A stretch of 64,000 nucleotides of DNA. It comes from a bacterium. Its GTDB lineage: Bacteria > Hinthialibacterota > Hinthialibacteria > Hinthialibacterales > Hinthialibacteraceae. The notes beneath the pieces are model-generated. The model was given only the letters and a program-made list of their open reading frames with translations, made no database searches and was not told the DNA's origin. A program made the translations under genes and the position numbers. The first letter of the stretch is position 1, and every line of letters starts with the position of its first letter. Positions 19,291 through 29,415 of the stretch are shown piece after piece. The stretch spans positions 192,001 through 256,000 of the forward strand of contig CAXXSM010000132.1 of assembly GCA_963663405.2 (NCBI GenBank), read 5' to 3'.

Positions 19291-20076
19291 TTACTTGTTG
19301 GATTCTAACATGCGCAATGTCAGAAAAAGAAAGAAAGCGGAAAAGAGAATGTAATAGGCGACGTGGCCTGTATCAATCACTCCCTTGCTGAAATCTTCGA
19401 AATGCGCATAGACAGAGATCTCTTTGCAGATATTACCCAAAACGCCTGGTTGAATCTCGTTAACAAACGAGATCAGCCAAAGAACCAGCAGGACCGTGAA
19501 GGATATGACGCCCGATACGATCTGATTCTCTGTCAACGAGGAACTGAAAATCCCAAAGGAAAGGAACGCTGTCCCCAGCAGGAACACACCTACATAGGGA
19601 GCGATCAGGGTTTTAAGATAGGTCTGATCGGGAACGACATTCGCGGAAATCAACGCGTATCCAAATGTCAAAATCAACATGCCCGCGAAAACGGTCAGCG
19701 CGGCGAGGAATTTCCCCGCTAACACTTCCCCGTTTCGTATGGGATAGCTCATCAACAATTCAATCGTGCCCAGTTTTTTCTCTTCGGAAAAGAGGCGCAT
19801 GGAGAGCATGGGAATGATAAAGAGAAGGATGAAGGTCATCACGTTTGTGATGCCCATCAAGACCAAATCGGTATAATTGGGCATTGGAGGCGCCCCCATT
19901 CCCTGCCGCATACTCATCATCGTCATATAATTATGACTGATCTGCGTGTAGTACGAAAAATTGATATTGAAAAACACACCACAGACCACAAGAAATAATA
20001 CATATAGGACATACGCGAGCGGAGAGACGAAGTACGCCCGCATCTCCCGTTTATAGATGGCCCAAACGTTTGTCAT
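19291..20076 (-). CDS. ABC-2 permease (GldF-like)
   Basis: KREMRAYFVSPLAY, SMRLFSEEKKLGTIELL, SSLTENQI, HFEDFSKGVID. Confidence 0.9.
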   Translation of the reverse strand: MTNVWAIYKREMRAYFVSPLAYVLYVLFLVVCGVFFNINFSYYTQISHNYMTMMSMRQGMGAPPMPNYTDLVLMGITNVMTFILLFIIPMLSMRLFSEEKKLGTIELLMSYPIRNGEVLAGKFLAALTVFAGMLILTFGYALISANVVPDQTYLKTLIAPYVGVFLLGTAFLSFGIFSSSLTENQIVSGVISFTVLLVLWLISFVNEIQPGVLGNICKEISVYAHFEDFSKGVIDTGHVAYYILFSAFFLFLTLRMLESNK

Positions 20077-20077
20077 C

Positions 20078-21028
20078 TCACACCTCCTTCTTTTCGCCCA
20101 TTGTGATATCGACAAAGATATCTTCGAGTGTGGGATCCATGGACCGCACTTCGTAAAGGTCCCAGCCTTTGTTGACGATCTGGGACGCGATCATGGGGCG
20201 AAGATCCTGATCGGGGCTGGTTTCGATCGAAAGTTGACAAACGCCTTCTTCGTTGGGGACAAGGACGCATTCAACTTTGCTTACGCCGTCGAGTTCCGAT
20301 AGCATTCCACTGACTTGATCCGAAGGGGCTTTTGAAAGAACACGGATCAAGCGAGATCGCGCAAGACGGCGCTGTAAATCTCCTACCGCGTCCGCCGCGA
20401 CAAGGCGCCCATCATTAATAATCATGACGCGTTCGCAGATCATGCTGACTTCAGGGAGGATATGCGTCGATAGAATGACGGTCCGCTTCCCGGCCATGTT
20501 TTTAATCACTTCCCGGATTTCCCGGATCTGCGCGGGATCGAGGCCAACGGTGGGTTCGTCCAGAATCAAGACTTTTGGATCCCCCAGAAGCGCCTGCGCC
20601 AAACCGACACGCTGCCGATACCCCTTGGATAGTTTTCCCAAAGACCGGGTGGCGACACCCTCAATGCCGGTTTCATGCATGGTATTCCGGATTTGCGCGG
20701 CGCGATCTCCGGGAGGGATGCCTTTGATCTGCGCGGCGAAACCAAGAAAACTCAGCACATCCATTTCGTTGTACAGCGGTGTGTTTTCGGGAAGATATCC
20801 AATTTGCCGGCGGGCGTTCACCGAATCATTCTGCACATCGTACCCCGCGATGACCGCTTTGCCGCTTGTCGGCGTCAGAAAGCCTGTTAGGATACGCATT
20901 GTCGTCGTTTTCCCGGCGCCGTTGGGGCCGAGAAACCCTAGAATTTCTCCTTCTTCCACTTCAAAGGAGACATCCGCGATAGCCGTGACCCGGCCATAGA
21001 TTTTGTTGAGATTCTCCGCAACGATCAT
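20078..21028 (-). CDS. ABC transporter ATP-binding protein (GldA-like)
   Basis: GPNGAGKTT, LSKGYRQR, LILDEPTVGLDP, STHIL. Confidence 0.95.
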   Translation of the reverse strand: MIVAENLNKIYGRVTAIADVSFEVEEGEILGFLGPNGAGKTTTMRILTGFLTPTSGKAVIAGYDVQNDSVNARRQIGYLPENTPLYNEMDVLSFLGFAAQIKGIPPGDRAAQIRNTMHETGIEGVATRSLGKLSKGYRQRVGLAQALLGDPKVLILDEPTVGLDPAQIREIREVIKNMAGKRTVILSTHILPEVSMICERVMIINDGRLVAADAVGDLQRRLARSRLIRVLSKAPSDQVSGMLSELDGVSKVECVLVPNEEGVCQLSIETSPDQDLRPMIASQIVNKGWDLYEVRSMDPTLEDIFVDITMGEKKEV

Positions 21029-21061
21029 ATTTTTTCCTCGTCATTTCACTAAGAGAGAATC

Positions 21062-21076
21062 GAATGATAATCATTC
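21062..21076. promoter_or_regulatory. Fur-box-like palindrome upstream of the ABC operon
   Basis: GAATGAT-A-ATCATTC perfect 7-1-7 inverted repeat containing AATGATAATCATT. Confidence 0.45.
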
Positions 21077-21369
21077 TTTTTTTATATCCGCACCTTCTCA
21101 GCCCCCGTCCAAACGATAGGAAGAAGGTGATTGCTCACAAAAAACAAATTGTGGAATTAAATACGGCTGGGGTTTAAAAAAGCATCCCCGGATAAGTATT
21201 TGCGAAACGAATCCGTAAGCAGGAAGTAACGCAAAAAATTTCAGAATTTTACGCCAGTGAATTTCTTTTTGGATACCATTATTCCTGCGATCGAATTGGT
21301 CCTAAATCAAAGGAGGTATTTTTACTCGATTCGAACCGTTTGGCAAGCCATGTGGATGAAAGGCGGGAA

Positions 21370-22296
21370 TCATGCCGCCGAATCGGATGGAATGGAACTG
21401 GACCGGCTCTTGATTAAGGTGATCCGGTTGCCCTTCTCGTTGAATTCAATATCTGACATAAACGCCCGGATTAAGATCAATCCCCGGCCATGATTGGAAA
21501 GCGCTTCAACATCCTCGAATTCTACCGGTAGATTGCGCCAATTAAATCCAGCGCCATCATCTTCAATAGAAAAAACGGCTTGGTTTGGGGTTAAACTCGT
21601 CGAAACTCTCACTTGTTTGGAGCGGTACGGTTCGATCGCGCTGCGCTCTTTCACCAGTTGATTGAATTGCACCAATTCATCCAGGGTGTTCCCTTTTGAG
21701 CGGGAGGAGATTTCCAGATTGCCATGAACAACCGCGTTGACCAGGGCTTCATCAAGGGCGAGGCGCACATTCATCAGTTCTGTTTGATTGCACAGCCCCA
21801 CCCGCTCGATTTTTTCCGTGACGAGGTCGATGAGTGGAAGCGTATATTGCAGATCGCTGGGAATTTGATAGGTCTGAGTCTCTTGAATGAAGAAATCGTA
21901 GATCCGCTTCTCCAGCCGTTTCTTCTTCCGAATCCGCAGGAGTTGAGTCGTGATGGGATATACCATCTCAATCTCCTGTGGTTTCATGAGAAAATTCGCC
22001 GCGCCCAGCCGCAACGCTTCTATGACGTCCTCCCGTTGTCCATAGCCTGTTAAGATACAGACGGGGATTTCTGGATTGTGTTTTTTTAGACCTGCGAGCA
22101 ATTCCATGCCCCCCATGACGGGCATGCGCAGATCTGTAAAAACAAGATCAATCTCTTTTTGATGGAACGTTTCGAGCGCTTCTTCCCCGTTCGAGGCGGT
22201 TAAGAGATTGTAGTCTCCCGCTTTTTCTAACATGTCAACGAGAAGGTTTCGAATCAACTCTTCATCATCGACTATAAGAATGGTTCCTTCCTTCAT
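21370..22296 (-). CDS. response regulator with C-terminal RsbW-like (HATPase_c_2) domain
   Basis: ILIVDDE, FTDLRMP, KP receiver motifs; EALVNAVVHGN, DDGAGF, GRGLILI. Confidence 0.9.
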   Translation of the reverse strand: MKEGTILIVDDEELIRNLLVDMLEKAGDYNLLTASNGEEALETFHQKEIDLVFTDLRMPVMGGMELLAGLKKHNPEIPVCILTGYGQREDVIEALRLGAANFLMKPQEIEMVYPITTQLLRIRKKKRLEKRIYDFFIQETQTYQIPSDLQYTLPLIDLVTEKIERVGLCNQTELMNVRLALDEALVNAVVHGNLEISSRSKGNTLDELVQFNQLVKERSAIEPYRSKQVRVSTSLTPNQAVFSIEDDGAGFNWRNLPVEFEDVEALSNHGRGLILIRAFMSDIEFNEKGNRITLIKSRSSSIPSDSAA

Positions 22297-22660
22297 GGCA
22301 TGCCTTTATTCTTTTAAACAATAACTATGAAAAAGAATGACTAGAAACGAAAATTCTACAATAAAACGGTAATAATCAAATTATCACCTATCTTCTCATA
22401 AAAGAAAAAAAAATTTCTATAGATAAATATACTTTCGTTTTACCTTGTAAGACCTTCTTTACCACCGAGTCACATATTAATTATATGTTCTAAAACATAA
22501 TTATAATTACCATTACTAAAATTAATGGTTTAAAGTATGTTTTTAACAAATTTTTAATGAGAATTTACTTTATTATTGCACAGATTCGATGGATTTGCAA
22601 GAATAAATTTAAAAAAATGTTACAAGATTGGATCGAGAAGATGCTCATTGAGAAGAAGAA

Positions 22661-23632
22661 TCAACATGGACGAGTGGAACGGTCTCCTTTCCATTTTTGG
22701 ACGAAATGCCTCCATAATCCTTTAATCAAGTGGCTGATCGAGAAGCCGATTGGCATTAGATCGGGGAATATGTAACCATCCACACGCGCCTCATTGAGGG
22801 GTAGGCCGGTGATATGAATGGCGTCTAACTTGGAACCGGGGAATCCCAATCGATCGGCCATTCGGAGTACAAAGTGATCTTGCCAGTTCATTCCTAAAAG
22901 TTCCGCCAGCGCCCGGTCGACCGCTACGGCGTCTTGACCGGCGAGCAGTAATCCCACATGCCGGGGGACGCCGATTACGGGCCCTTCTCCCTCCATCCCG
23001 GTAATCGCGTCAACAAGGGTTAGTTCCGGCCCGGTTTTTTCCAGAATGGCGAGAAGCATGGATGCGAAGGAATCCGGGCTCATTCTTTTTTTAAAGTGCC
23101 ATAGCGCTTTCCGGCGGCCGTTCACGCAGCCGAATAGGTTTTTCACCGCGCCGGTGAGCCGCATTTGGCAGTGGCTCTTCAATTTTGGGAGATTGATGAT
23201 GACATCGCATTCCAGCAAAGACGCGTCGAGCATTGGTGTGGGAACGCCATTGGTATAGATCGTTTCTTTGCGTGACTTGTTTGTGGGACGCCGGAACTCA
23301 ACGATCTCGATTCCCAACCGGTCCGCCACATCGGCGATCCCGCAAGCGCGGGCGACCCGGCGGGCGCTGGGCAGAGGCGGGCTGTCTCCAATGATGACCT
23401 TCGCGCCGCAATCCATCGCCATTCGCGCGACGACATCCACGATTGCGGGATGAGTTGTCACTGCTTTTTCCGGTGGTTTGGCGTAGAGTAGATTCGGCTT
23501 GAGAAGCGTCCGGTCTCCACGTTTGATATGGGCTTCGAGACCGCCAAACGGCGCGAACGCGTTTTGCACGGCTTCTTCCACCTGGGGGATCTCATATGAT
23601 GAACACCGTTCGATCGCGACGGTAAGGCTCAT
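22661..23632 (-). CDS. DUF362 domain protein
   Basis: LLKPNLL, TTHP, INLPKLKSH, TGAVKNLFG, DAITGMEGEGP. Confidence 0.9.
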   Translation of the reverse strand: MSLTVAIERCSSYEIPQVEEAVQNAFAPFGGLEAHIKRGDRTLLKPNLLYAKPPEKAVTTHPAIVDVVARMAMDCGAKVIIGDSPPLPSARRVARACGIADVADRLGIEIVEFRRPTNKSRKETIYTNGVPTPMLDASLLECDVIINLPKLKSHCQMRLTGAVKNLFGCVNGRRKALWHFKKRMSPDSFASMLLAILEKTGPELTLVDAITGMEGEGPVIGVPRHVGLLLAGQDAVAVDRALAELLGMNWQDHFVLRMADRLGFPGSKLDAIHITGLPLNEARVDGYIFPDLMPIGFSISHLIKGLWRHFVQKWKGDRSTRPC

Positions 23633-23760
23633 AGTAACGTCCTATAAAATAAAAAAAATTGACGAAACGCCGTAGATCCTTAGATGACGCCCGTCAATTC
23701 TAATTGTAATTGTTGAAAAAGAGACCGTCTAGCGTAAAATTGGGGGGATTCTGCGTTCGA

Positions 23761-24702
23761 TCAGCGGTGTTCCTGCTCGAATTCCCGCGTCCAGGCGATC
23801 GCTTTTGCGATCCCTTCTTCGAGAGGCGTGGTGGGATTGTATCCCAACAATCGACGCGCTTTGGAGATATCGGCGATGTAGCGGGTTACCTCACCGGATT
23901 GGGATGGTTTGAATGTGATTTTGGGATCGACGCCGACCGTTTTTCCAATCAGATTCGCCAGCGTCTCCAAAGTGTTGCCCTGCCCACACGCGAGGTTGAT
24001 GGTTTGATTGGTCACTTCGCGGCTGGTGAGTTTTTTGATTCCCAAGAAAATCCCTTGAACACAGTCATCGATATAGGTGAAGTCGAGTGTTTTTTCGCGG
24101 CCGTAGATCGTGATGGGCTGCTCGTGTGAGATTCGTTCAATGAAAAGAGGCGTCACCCGCTCCATCCGTTCCCGGTCATTGTCATACCGCCCATACACGT
24201 TGCTGAACCGGAAGACGATGTAGGGGAGGCCGTAACACTGGGCGTAGGAATAGATAAACGCTTCCCCGGCGATTTTGCTGGCCGAGTAGGGGCTTTCCGC
24301 CACAACAAAATCCGCACATTCTTCATTAGTGATATGGCGGTGGATGTCTCCATACACTTCGCGTGAACTGCCGAAGAGGATGGGGATTTCCGCCAGCCGC
24401 GCGCTTTCCGCCACTTTGAAGGTGATATCGACGTTTTCCATCGCGCGGGAAGGTTCCTGGACCAGTTCAAAGACTTTCGCATGCGCCGCCAGATGCACAA
24501 TCGATTCGATTCCATGTCCTTTAATCAATTCCAAAAGCCGCCCGACGCAATCCCCGGTCAAATCCACCTGCCGGAACGGAATCTCATCCGTCCATGTGTT
24601 CAGGCGCTTGTCCACGCCCAACACATGATGCCCTTCCGAAAGCAGCCGAAGCCCCAAATTCGTCCCAATCTGCCCACTCGATCCCGTGATAAGTACGTTC
24701 AA
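23761..24702 (-). CDS. NAD-dependent epimerase/dehydratase
   Basis: ITGSSGQIG, SSREVYG, YSASK, LDFTYIDD; probable TTG start. Confidence 0.9.
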   Translation of the reverse strand: MNVLITGSSGQIGTNLGLRLLSEGHHVLGVDKRLNTWTDEIPFRQVDLTGDCVGRLLELIKGHGIESIVHLAAHAKVFELVQEPSRAMENVDITFKVAESARLAEIPILFGSSREVYGDIHRHITNEECADFVVAESPYSASKIAGEAFIYSYAQCYGLPYIVFRFSNVYGRYDNDRERMERVTPLFIERISHEQPITIYGREKTLDFTYIDDCVQGIFLGIKKLTSREVTNQTINLACGQGNTLETLANLIGKTVGVDPKITFKPSQSGEVTRYIADISKARRLLGYNPTTPLEEGIAKAIAWTREFEQEHR

Positions 24703-24994
24703 GATAGTCTCGATTCTCGCTTTCCATAGAATGATGAAACGGTGAATTGATGAAGTCTGAATTATATCTCTTATGTTGGGGGAGTTAATAGAGGAATAAG
24801 GTAGTGAAATAGTAATGTAATGATTCTTGGTTTCGTTTTGTTGGATATAATGATCGCCGCACAGTAGAAAAATTCGCCATATATAAGTTTTGAAATCATG
24901 TTGACATCTCTGATACAATGGTTTATCGTTATTAGAAATGTTGTTGTATCATATATATTTAGAAATCTCTGATCTACGTATGAAGGGCTTATCA

Positions 24995-25204
24995 ATGATG
25001 AGTGAAAAACAAGAGACGCAAGATGAAATATCTGAGGTATTCCAACGCCTTGGTTTGGAGACTGAGGAAAAGCGTGAACGCCTTCGTAAACTAGAGGGCT
25101 TAGGTCGTATCGGTGAGGCGCCGGGAGTATACCGTTACGCTCTCGCTTTGAAAAATGACACTGCAAGGGAAAAAGACTATGCCCAACTGGAACGAACTTC
25201 TTAA
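24995..25204 (+). CDS. small hypothetical protein overlapping the protease start
   Basis: 69-aa charged ORF, overlaps the next gene by 26 bp, AT-rich context. Confidence 0.55.
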   Translation: MMSEKQETQDEISEVFQRLGLETEEKRERLRKLEGLGRIGEAPGVYRYALALKNDTAREKDYAQLERTS

Positions 25205-26132
25205 CGAGATTAAGGCTGAAGGAAGTATGTACGATGTTGTCCGTAGGCGCTACCTTAAGAAACTCTTTGAAATAACCAGTCGTAATATTATCCTATATTA
25301 CTCCGGATGGTTGCAAAACCGGGGTATTGCTGGCGCAGAGATCAATGATGAAGACAAGAACGGCTTAATGACTGTTATTCACAAATTAGACAGAAGTCTT
25401 GGTCTGGATTTGATCTTACATACACCCGGTGGTGATACTGCAGCTACTGAATCTCTTGTGGATTACTTACGATCTATGTTCAGCACAGATATTAGAGCGA
25501 TTATACCACAGCTAGCGATGTCTGGTGGTACAATGATTGCCTGTGCCTGTAAAGAAATACTTATGGGGAAACAATCAAGTTTGGGACCTGTTGATCCTCA
25601 ATTCAGGGGAATTCCAGCTCACGGTGTTGTCGAAGAATTTGAACGGGCAAAAAAGGAGATCAGCAGAGACGCATCAAATATCCCTGTATGGCAGCCGATT
25701 ATCGCTAAGTATAATCCAACGTTTATTGGTGAATGCGAAAAAGCAGTGGCATGGTCCAATGAGATGACGAAAGAGTGGCTCCGAACTGGAATGTTTAAAT
25801 CCGAGAAATCACCAAGTAAAAAAATTGAAAAGATTCTTAGAGAGTTAGGTGATCACGCGCTAACGAAATCTCACGCTCGACATTTGTCTATTGAGAGATG
25901 TCGTGACATGGGCCTGAAGGTTTGTGATCTCGAAAGTGATGATGAACTACAAGATGCTGTGCTATCATTGCATCATGCCTGTATGTTGACTTTTAGGTCG
26001 ACTCCCGCTCTTAAAATAATCGAAAACCATTGTGGTATCGCATTCATCAAAATTATACAGCAGGTGGTTGTCGCTGGACAAGTGGTGCCTGGACATGGAG
26101 TAGAGGAAACTCCAAACAAAGCGATTTTATAG
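25179..26132 (+). CDS. SDH family Clp-fold (S49-like) serine protease
   Basis: LILHTPGG, AMSGGTMIA, SLGPVDPQ, KSHAR. Confidence 0.85.
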   Translation: MPNWNELLNEIKAEGSMYDVVRRRYLKKLFEITSRNIILYYSGWLQNRGIAGAEINDEDKNGLMTVIHKLDRSLGLDLILHTPGGDTAATESLVDYLRSMFSTDIRAIIPQLAMSGGTMIACACKEILMGKQSSLGPVDPQFRGIPAHGVVEEFERAKKEISRDASNIPVWQPIIAKYNPTFIGECEKAVAWSNEMTKEWLRTGMFKSEKSPSKKIEKILRELGDHALTKSHARHLSIERCRDMGLKVCDLESDDELQDAVLSLHHACMLTFRSTPALKIIENHCGIAFIKIIQQVVVAGQVVPGHGVEETPNKAIL

Positions 26133-26347
26133 AACTAACCCTAATTTATCGTTGATTTCCAAATCGTAATTTCTAATCGTTAGACAAGTAAGGAAGTCTC
26201 AAAGCTAATCGTAGGTCGCTAAACGTGAAGGTAATGTATAGAGACTTCCTAATGATTGATATCGAAGAGGATACACTCGCGGATCATTTTACTCCATCCT
26301 GCTTTTGTGAGTAATTATCCTACGAAATAAGATAGGAATCATGGAAA

Positions 26348-26659
26348 ATGGCGAGTACTTTAAAAGAAATTCAAAATGCAATCAAACAATTATCACAAGA
26401 CCAGTTAAACCAATTCCGCGCTTGGTATGAAGAATTTGATGCGGACGCATGGGATGAACAGATCGAAAAAGACGTCATTGCGGGCAAACTTGATTCTCTT
26501 GCCAATGCGGCGATTGCGAATCATAAAGCAGGAAAAACAAAAAAATATAATTCGGAAACAGCCTACCTCACCCAAAGCCCAAAAAACAGAAAACGATTAT
26601 TGGAATCCATTGAGGAACTTGAATCCGGTAAAGGGCGTCAAAGAGATCTTATTGAATGA
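26348..26659 (+). CDS. chimeric antitoxin-like protein with a YefM-like C-terminus
   Basis: N-part EIQNAIKQL..FRAWY...WDEQIEKD..AGKLD; C-part ETAYLTQSPKNRKRLLESIEEL; ATGA overlap into MKLIFS. Confidence 0.6.
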   Translation: MASTLKEIQNAIKQLSQDQLNQFRAWYEEFDADAWDEQIEKDVIAGKLDSLANAAIANHKAGKTKKYNSETAYLTQSPKNRKRLLESIEELESGKGRQRDLIE

Positions 26660-26811
26660 AACTCATTTTCTCTAATCACAAAGCGCAGCCCCCATTCTCC
26701 AAAATATCCCCCAAACACCTGCAAGACTTATCGATGTTCCTCTACACTATCCCCTTATAGATTTTTTCTATAAACTCTTGGGGTAACAAAAAATCAAGAA
26801 TCGAGTGGTTT

Positions 26812-27510
26812 ATGGTGGATTGCGCCGCGATTGTTTTGTTGAGTGGCGGCCTGGATTCGGCTACGGCGCTGGCTGTCGCTCAAGCGGAAGGTTTTACATG
26901 CGTCGCGCTCAGTTTCCGGTATGGGCAGCGGCATGAAATTGAATTGGAGGCTGCGCGCCGGGTCGCGGAGGCGTTTGGCGTGAGGGAGCATTGCGTCGTT
27001 TCACTCGATCTGCGTCAATTCGGACACTCCGCGTTGACCGATGAGATCGATGTTCCTAAAGGCCGGTCAATCGAGGTGATGGCGGATGAAATTCCGTTGA
27101 CGTATGTCCCCGCCCGGAATATCATTTTTCTCTCGTACGCGTTGGCTTTGGCGGAGACGCGAAACAGCCGGGATATCTTTATCGGTGTCAACGCGTTGGA
27201 TTATAGTGGTTACCCTGATTGCCGTCCCGCGTTTATTAAACAGTTCGAAGAGATGGCCCGCTTGGGGACAAAAACCGGCGTGGAAGGTGATCCGGTCCGG
27301 ATTCATACGCCGCTGATTTCGATGACGAAAGCGCAGATCATCCAACAAGGCGTGAAGTTGGGAGTTGATTATTCCCTGACTCACAGCTGCTACGATCCCG
27401 ATCCGCAGGGACGAGCCTGTGGGGCGTGTGACAGCTGTTTATTGCGAAAGAAAGGTTTTCATGAAGCTCAAATCCCCGATCCAACTCACTATGTTTCAAG
27501 GGAATCGTAA
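26812..27510 (+). CDS. queC: 7-cyano-7-deazaguanine synthase
   Basis: SGGLDS, YGQRH, YVPARN, YPDCR, SCY...CGACDSC. Confidence 0.97.
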   Translation: MVDCAAIVLLSGGLDSATALAVAQAEGFTCVALSFRYGQRHEIELEAARRVAEAFGVREHCVVSLDLRQFGHSALTDEIDVPKGRSIEVMADEIPLTYVPARNIIFLSYALALAETRNSRDIFIGVNALDYSGYPDCRPAFIKQFEEMARLGTKTGVEGDPVRIHTPLISMTKAQIIQQGVKLGVDYSLTHSCYDPDPQGRACGACDSCLLRKKGFHEAQIPDPTHYVSRES

Positions 27511-27535
27511 AAGCCGGATTGAGTCCTGTGTGTTC

Positions 27536-29281
27536 ATGACGGTATTCGTGTTGCTGGCCGCTATTGCCTGTGGGCCGCCACCGCCCCCGAAAAAAACACA
27601 ACCCACCGCCACACCGGCCGCTGGAACCTCAACAAAAGCCGCGTACCGCGATACGGCCTATTTCCTTAACCGTATGGCGGACTTATCCAGTTTGGCCCGC
27701 GCCTGGCCTAACGAGAAAATAATCATGCGTTCCAGCCACGATCCCTCCGATCAGGGAGAAGATGAGAATATTTTCGATAAACCCTACGTGCTGGGAAATA
27801 CGCGCTGGAACGTCCTGCTGAATCAAAACGGGCCGGGCTGTGTGACTCGATTGTGGATTACCGAACATGCGGAAGGGCGTCTGCGTATCTATTTTGATGA
27901 GGATCCCTATCCCCGCATCGATACAACGATTTCAGAATTCTTTAGTGGAACCTATAAACATTTCAATCCTCTTCTTGTTTTGGCGCCGGAGGAATCCGGC
28001 GGTGGCCATGTCAGTTATTTTCCACTTCCTTTTGAGAAGCGGTGCTCAATTATTACCGATTCCACTTCACCCCACTTTGTATACCAAGTGAACTGCCGTC
28101 TTTTCGAAGGGGGAGATCCAATTCGATCCTACCAACCGGAATTGGATGAAGCGGCGAAAACGGCCCTGGAACGGGTTAATAATACGTACTCAACAGCCGC
28201 GTTAACCCGCGCTCAGACCCTACCAGTCTCCCGCGGCGAGTTAATCAATGAAATTCCCCCAAAGCAGTCTAAACTGGTCGCCAATTATATCGGACCCGGC
28301 GCGATCGATTATTTTGAGGTGAAGTTGCATACGGTAAACACCGATACGGTGGTTGGTTTACGTATAAAAATGTTCTGGGATGGTCTTGACGCTCCAACGG
28401 TCGATTGTACGATTCGGGAATTTTTCAGCACTTTTTATGAAGTAAAAAACTGGAATTCCATTTTCCTGGGTTATTATGGTCAGCAAACAACTTTCTACTC
28501 TCAATTTTATATGCCCTTTTTGGAGAAAGCGGAAATCTATTTAGAAAATACAACGGATAAGCCTATCAAGGCTCAATTCGGTTCGCATAAGGTATTTACG
28601 GATGTCCCAAAAGATCCATTGTATTTCTACGCGAAAGCAAATATGCGAACCTTGAATAATGGATTTATCTACCCGTTTTTCAACTATCAGGGAACCGGCA
28701 ATTTCATCGGGATGTCTATGTTTGCGGTTACTAATTTCGCTGGTGAACCGCTCATTCACCTAAAGGGAGATGAATATATCTACCAGGATGGAGAACATAA
28801 TCCCCAGTGGATGGGAACGGGAACCGATCATTTTTTCAACGGTGATAATTTGCTAAAAACCAACGCCCCCTTCTGGAATCCCACGCATGGATGTGTCGCA
28901 GTCGATCCAAAAATGAGAGGGGGATTGTTTTCTTGTTTCCGATTTCTTCTTTTAGATTCAATTCCATTCAACACCTCGCTTTCCATAATCAATGAGGTGG
29001 GAAGCCCCTATGAAATCGCCGTTCGAGAGACGCAGGAGAAGATCCCAGCTCATTACGAATGGACCTGCTATTGGTATGCGCGGCCGATCCGTACAGCCAT
29101 CCGCCGTGGAGAAGAAGTCTATCATTTCACCTGCTCTAAGAATCCGGAGGATAATCCAAACGTAAACGATCCGGTCATAATTGATAGTAAATTGATTATG
29201 CAAATACCTGAAAAACCTTTCTGGATTCACATGGCTCCAATCTGGGATATCACCCAGGTACAACATCAAGCCGTGAAATAG
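27536..29281 (+). CDS. DUF2961 (GH172-like) lipoprotein
   Basis: lipobox LAAIAC then Pro/Thr linker; GPGCVTRLW, LRIYFD, SYFPLPF, GDE.IY.DGE, GTGTDHFFN; start uncertain. Confidence 0.75.
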   Translation: MTVFVLLAAIACGPPPPPKKTQPTATPAAGTSTKAAYRDTAYFLNRMADLSSLARAWPNEKIIMRSSHDPSDQGEDENIFDKPYVLGNTRWNVLLNQNGPGCVTRLWITEHAEGRLRIYFDEDPYPRIDTTISEFFSGTYKHFNPLLVLAPEESGGGHVSYFPLPFEKRCSIITDSTSPHFVYQVNCRLFEGGDPIRSYQPELDEAAKTALERVNNTYSTAALTRAQTLPVSRGELINEIPPKQSKLVANYIGPGAIDYFEVKLHTVNTDTVVGLRIKMFWDGLDAPTVDCTIREFFSTFYEVKNWNSIFLGYYGQQTTFYSQFYMPFLEKAEIYLENTTDKPIKAQFGSHKVFTDVPKDPLYFYAKANMRTLNNGFIYPFFNYQGTGNFIGMSMFAVTNFAGEPLIHLKGDEYIYQDGEHNPQWMGTGTDHFFNGDNLLKTNAPFWNPTHGCVAVDPKMRGGLFSCFRFLLLDSIPFNTSLSIINEVGSPYEIAVRETQEKIPAHYEWTCYWYARPIRTAIRRGEEVYHFTCSKNPEDNPNVNDPVIIDSKLIMQIPEKPFWIHMAPIWDITQVQHQAVK

Positions 29282-29415
29282 AGTCGATGAAACGGGAATA
29301 TTCGGATTCTTCTGTATGTTCTCACGATTATTGACGTTGACTGGCCTGCTTATTTCAAGCAATGCTTGAGCCGCATCGAATGGAGACTTGTTGTTCGTCG
29401 TTTTCGCAGGAAGGA

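Noticed and set aside
24703-24918. 72-aa N-terminal extension of the epimerase in the ORF track
   Set aside because: AT-rich, non-homologous sequence; the Rossmann motif begins right after the TTG at 24702.
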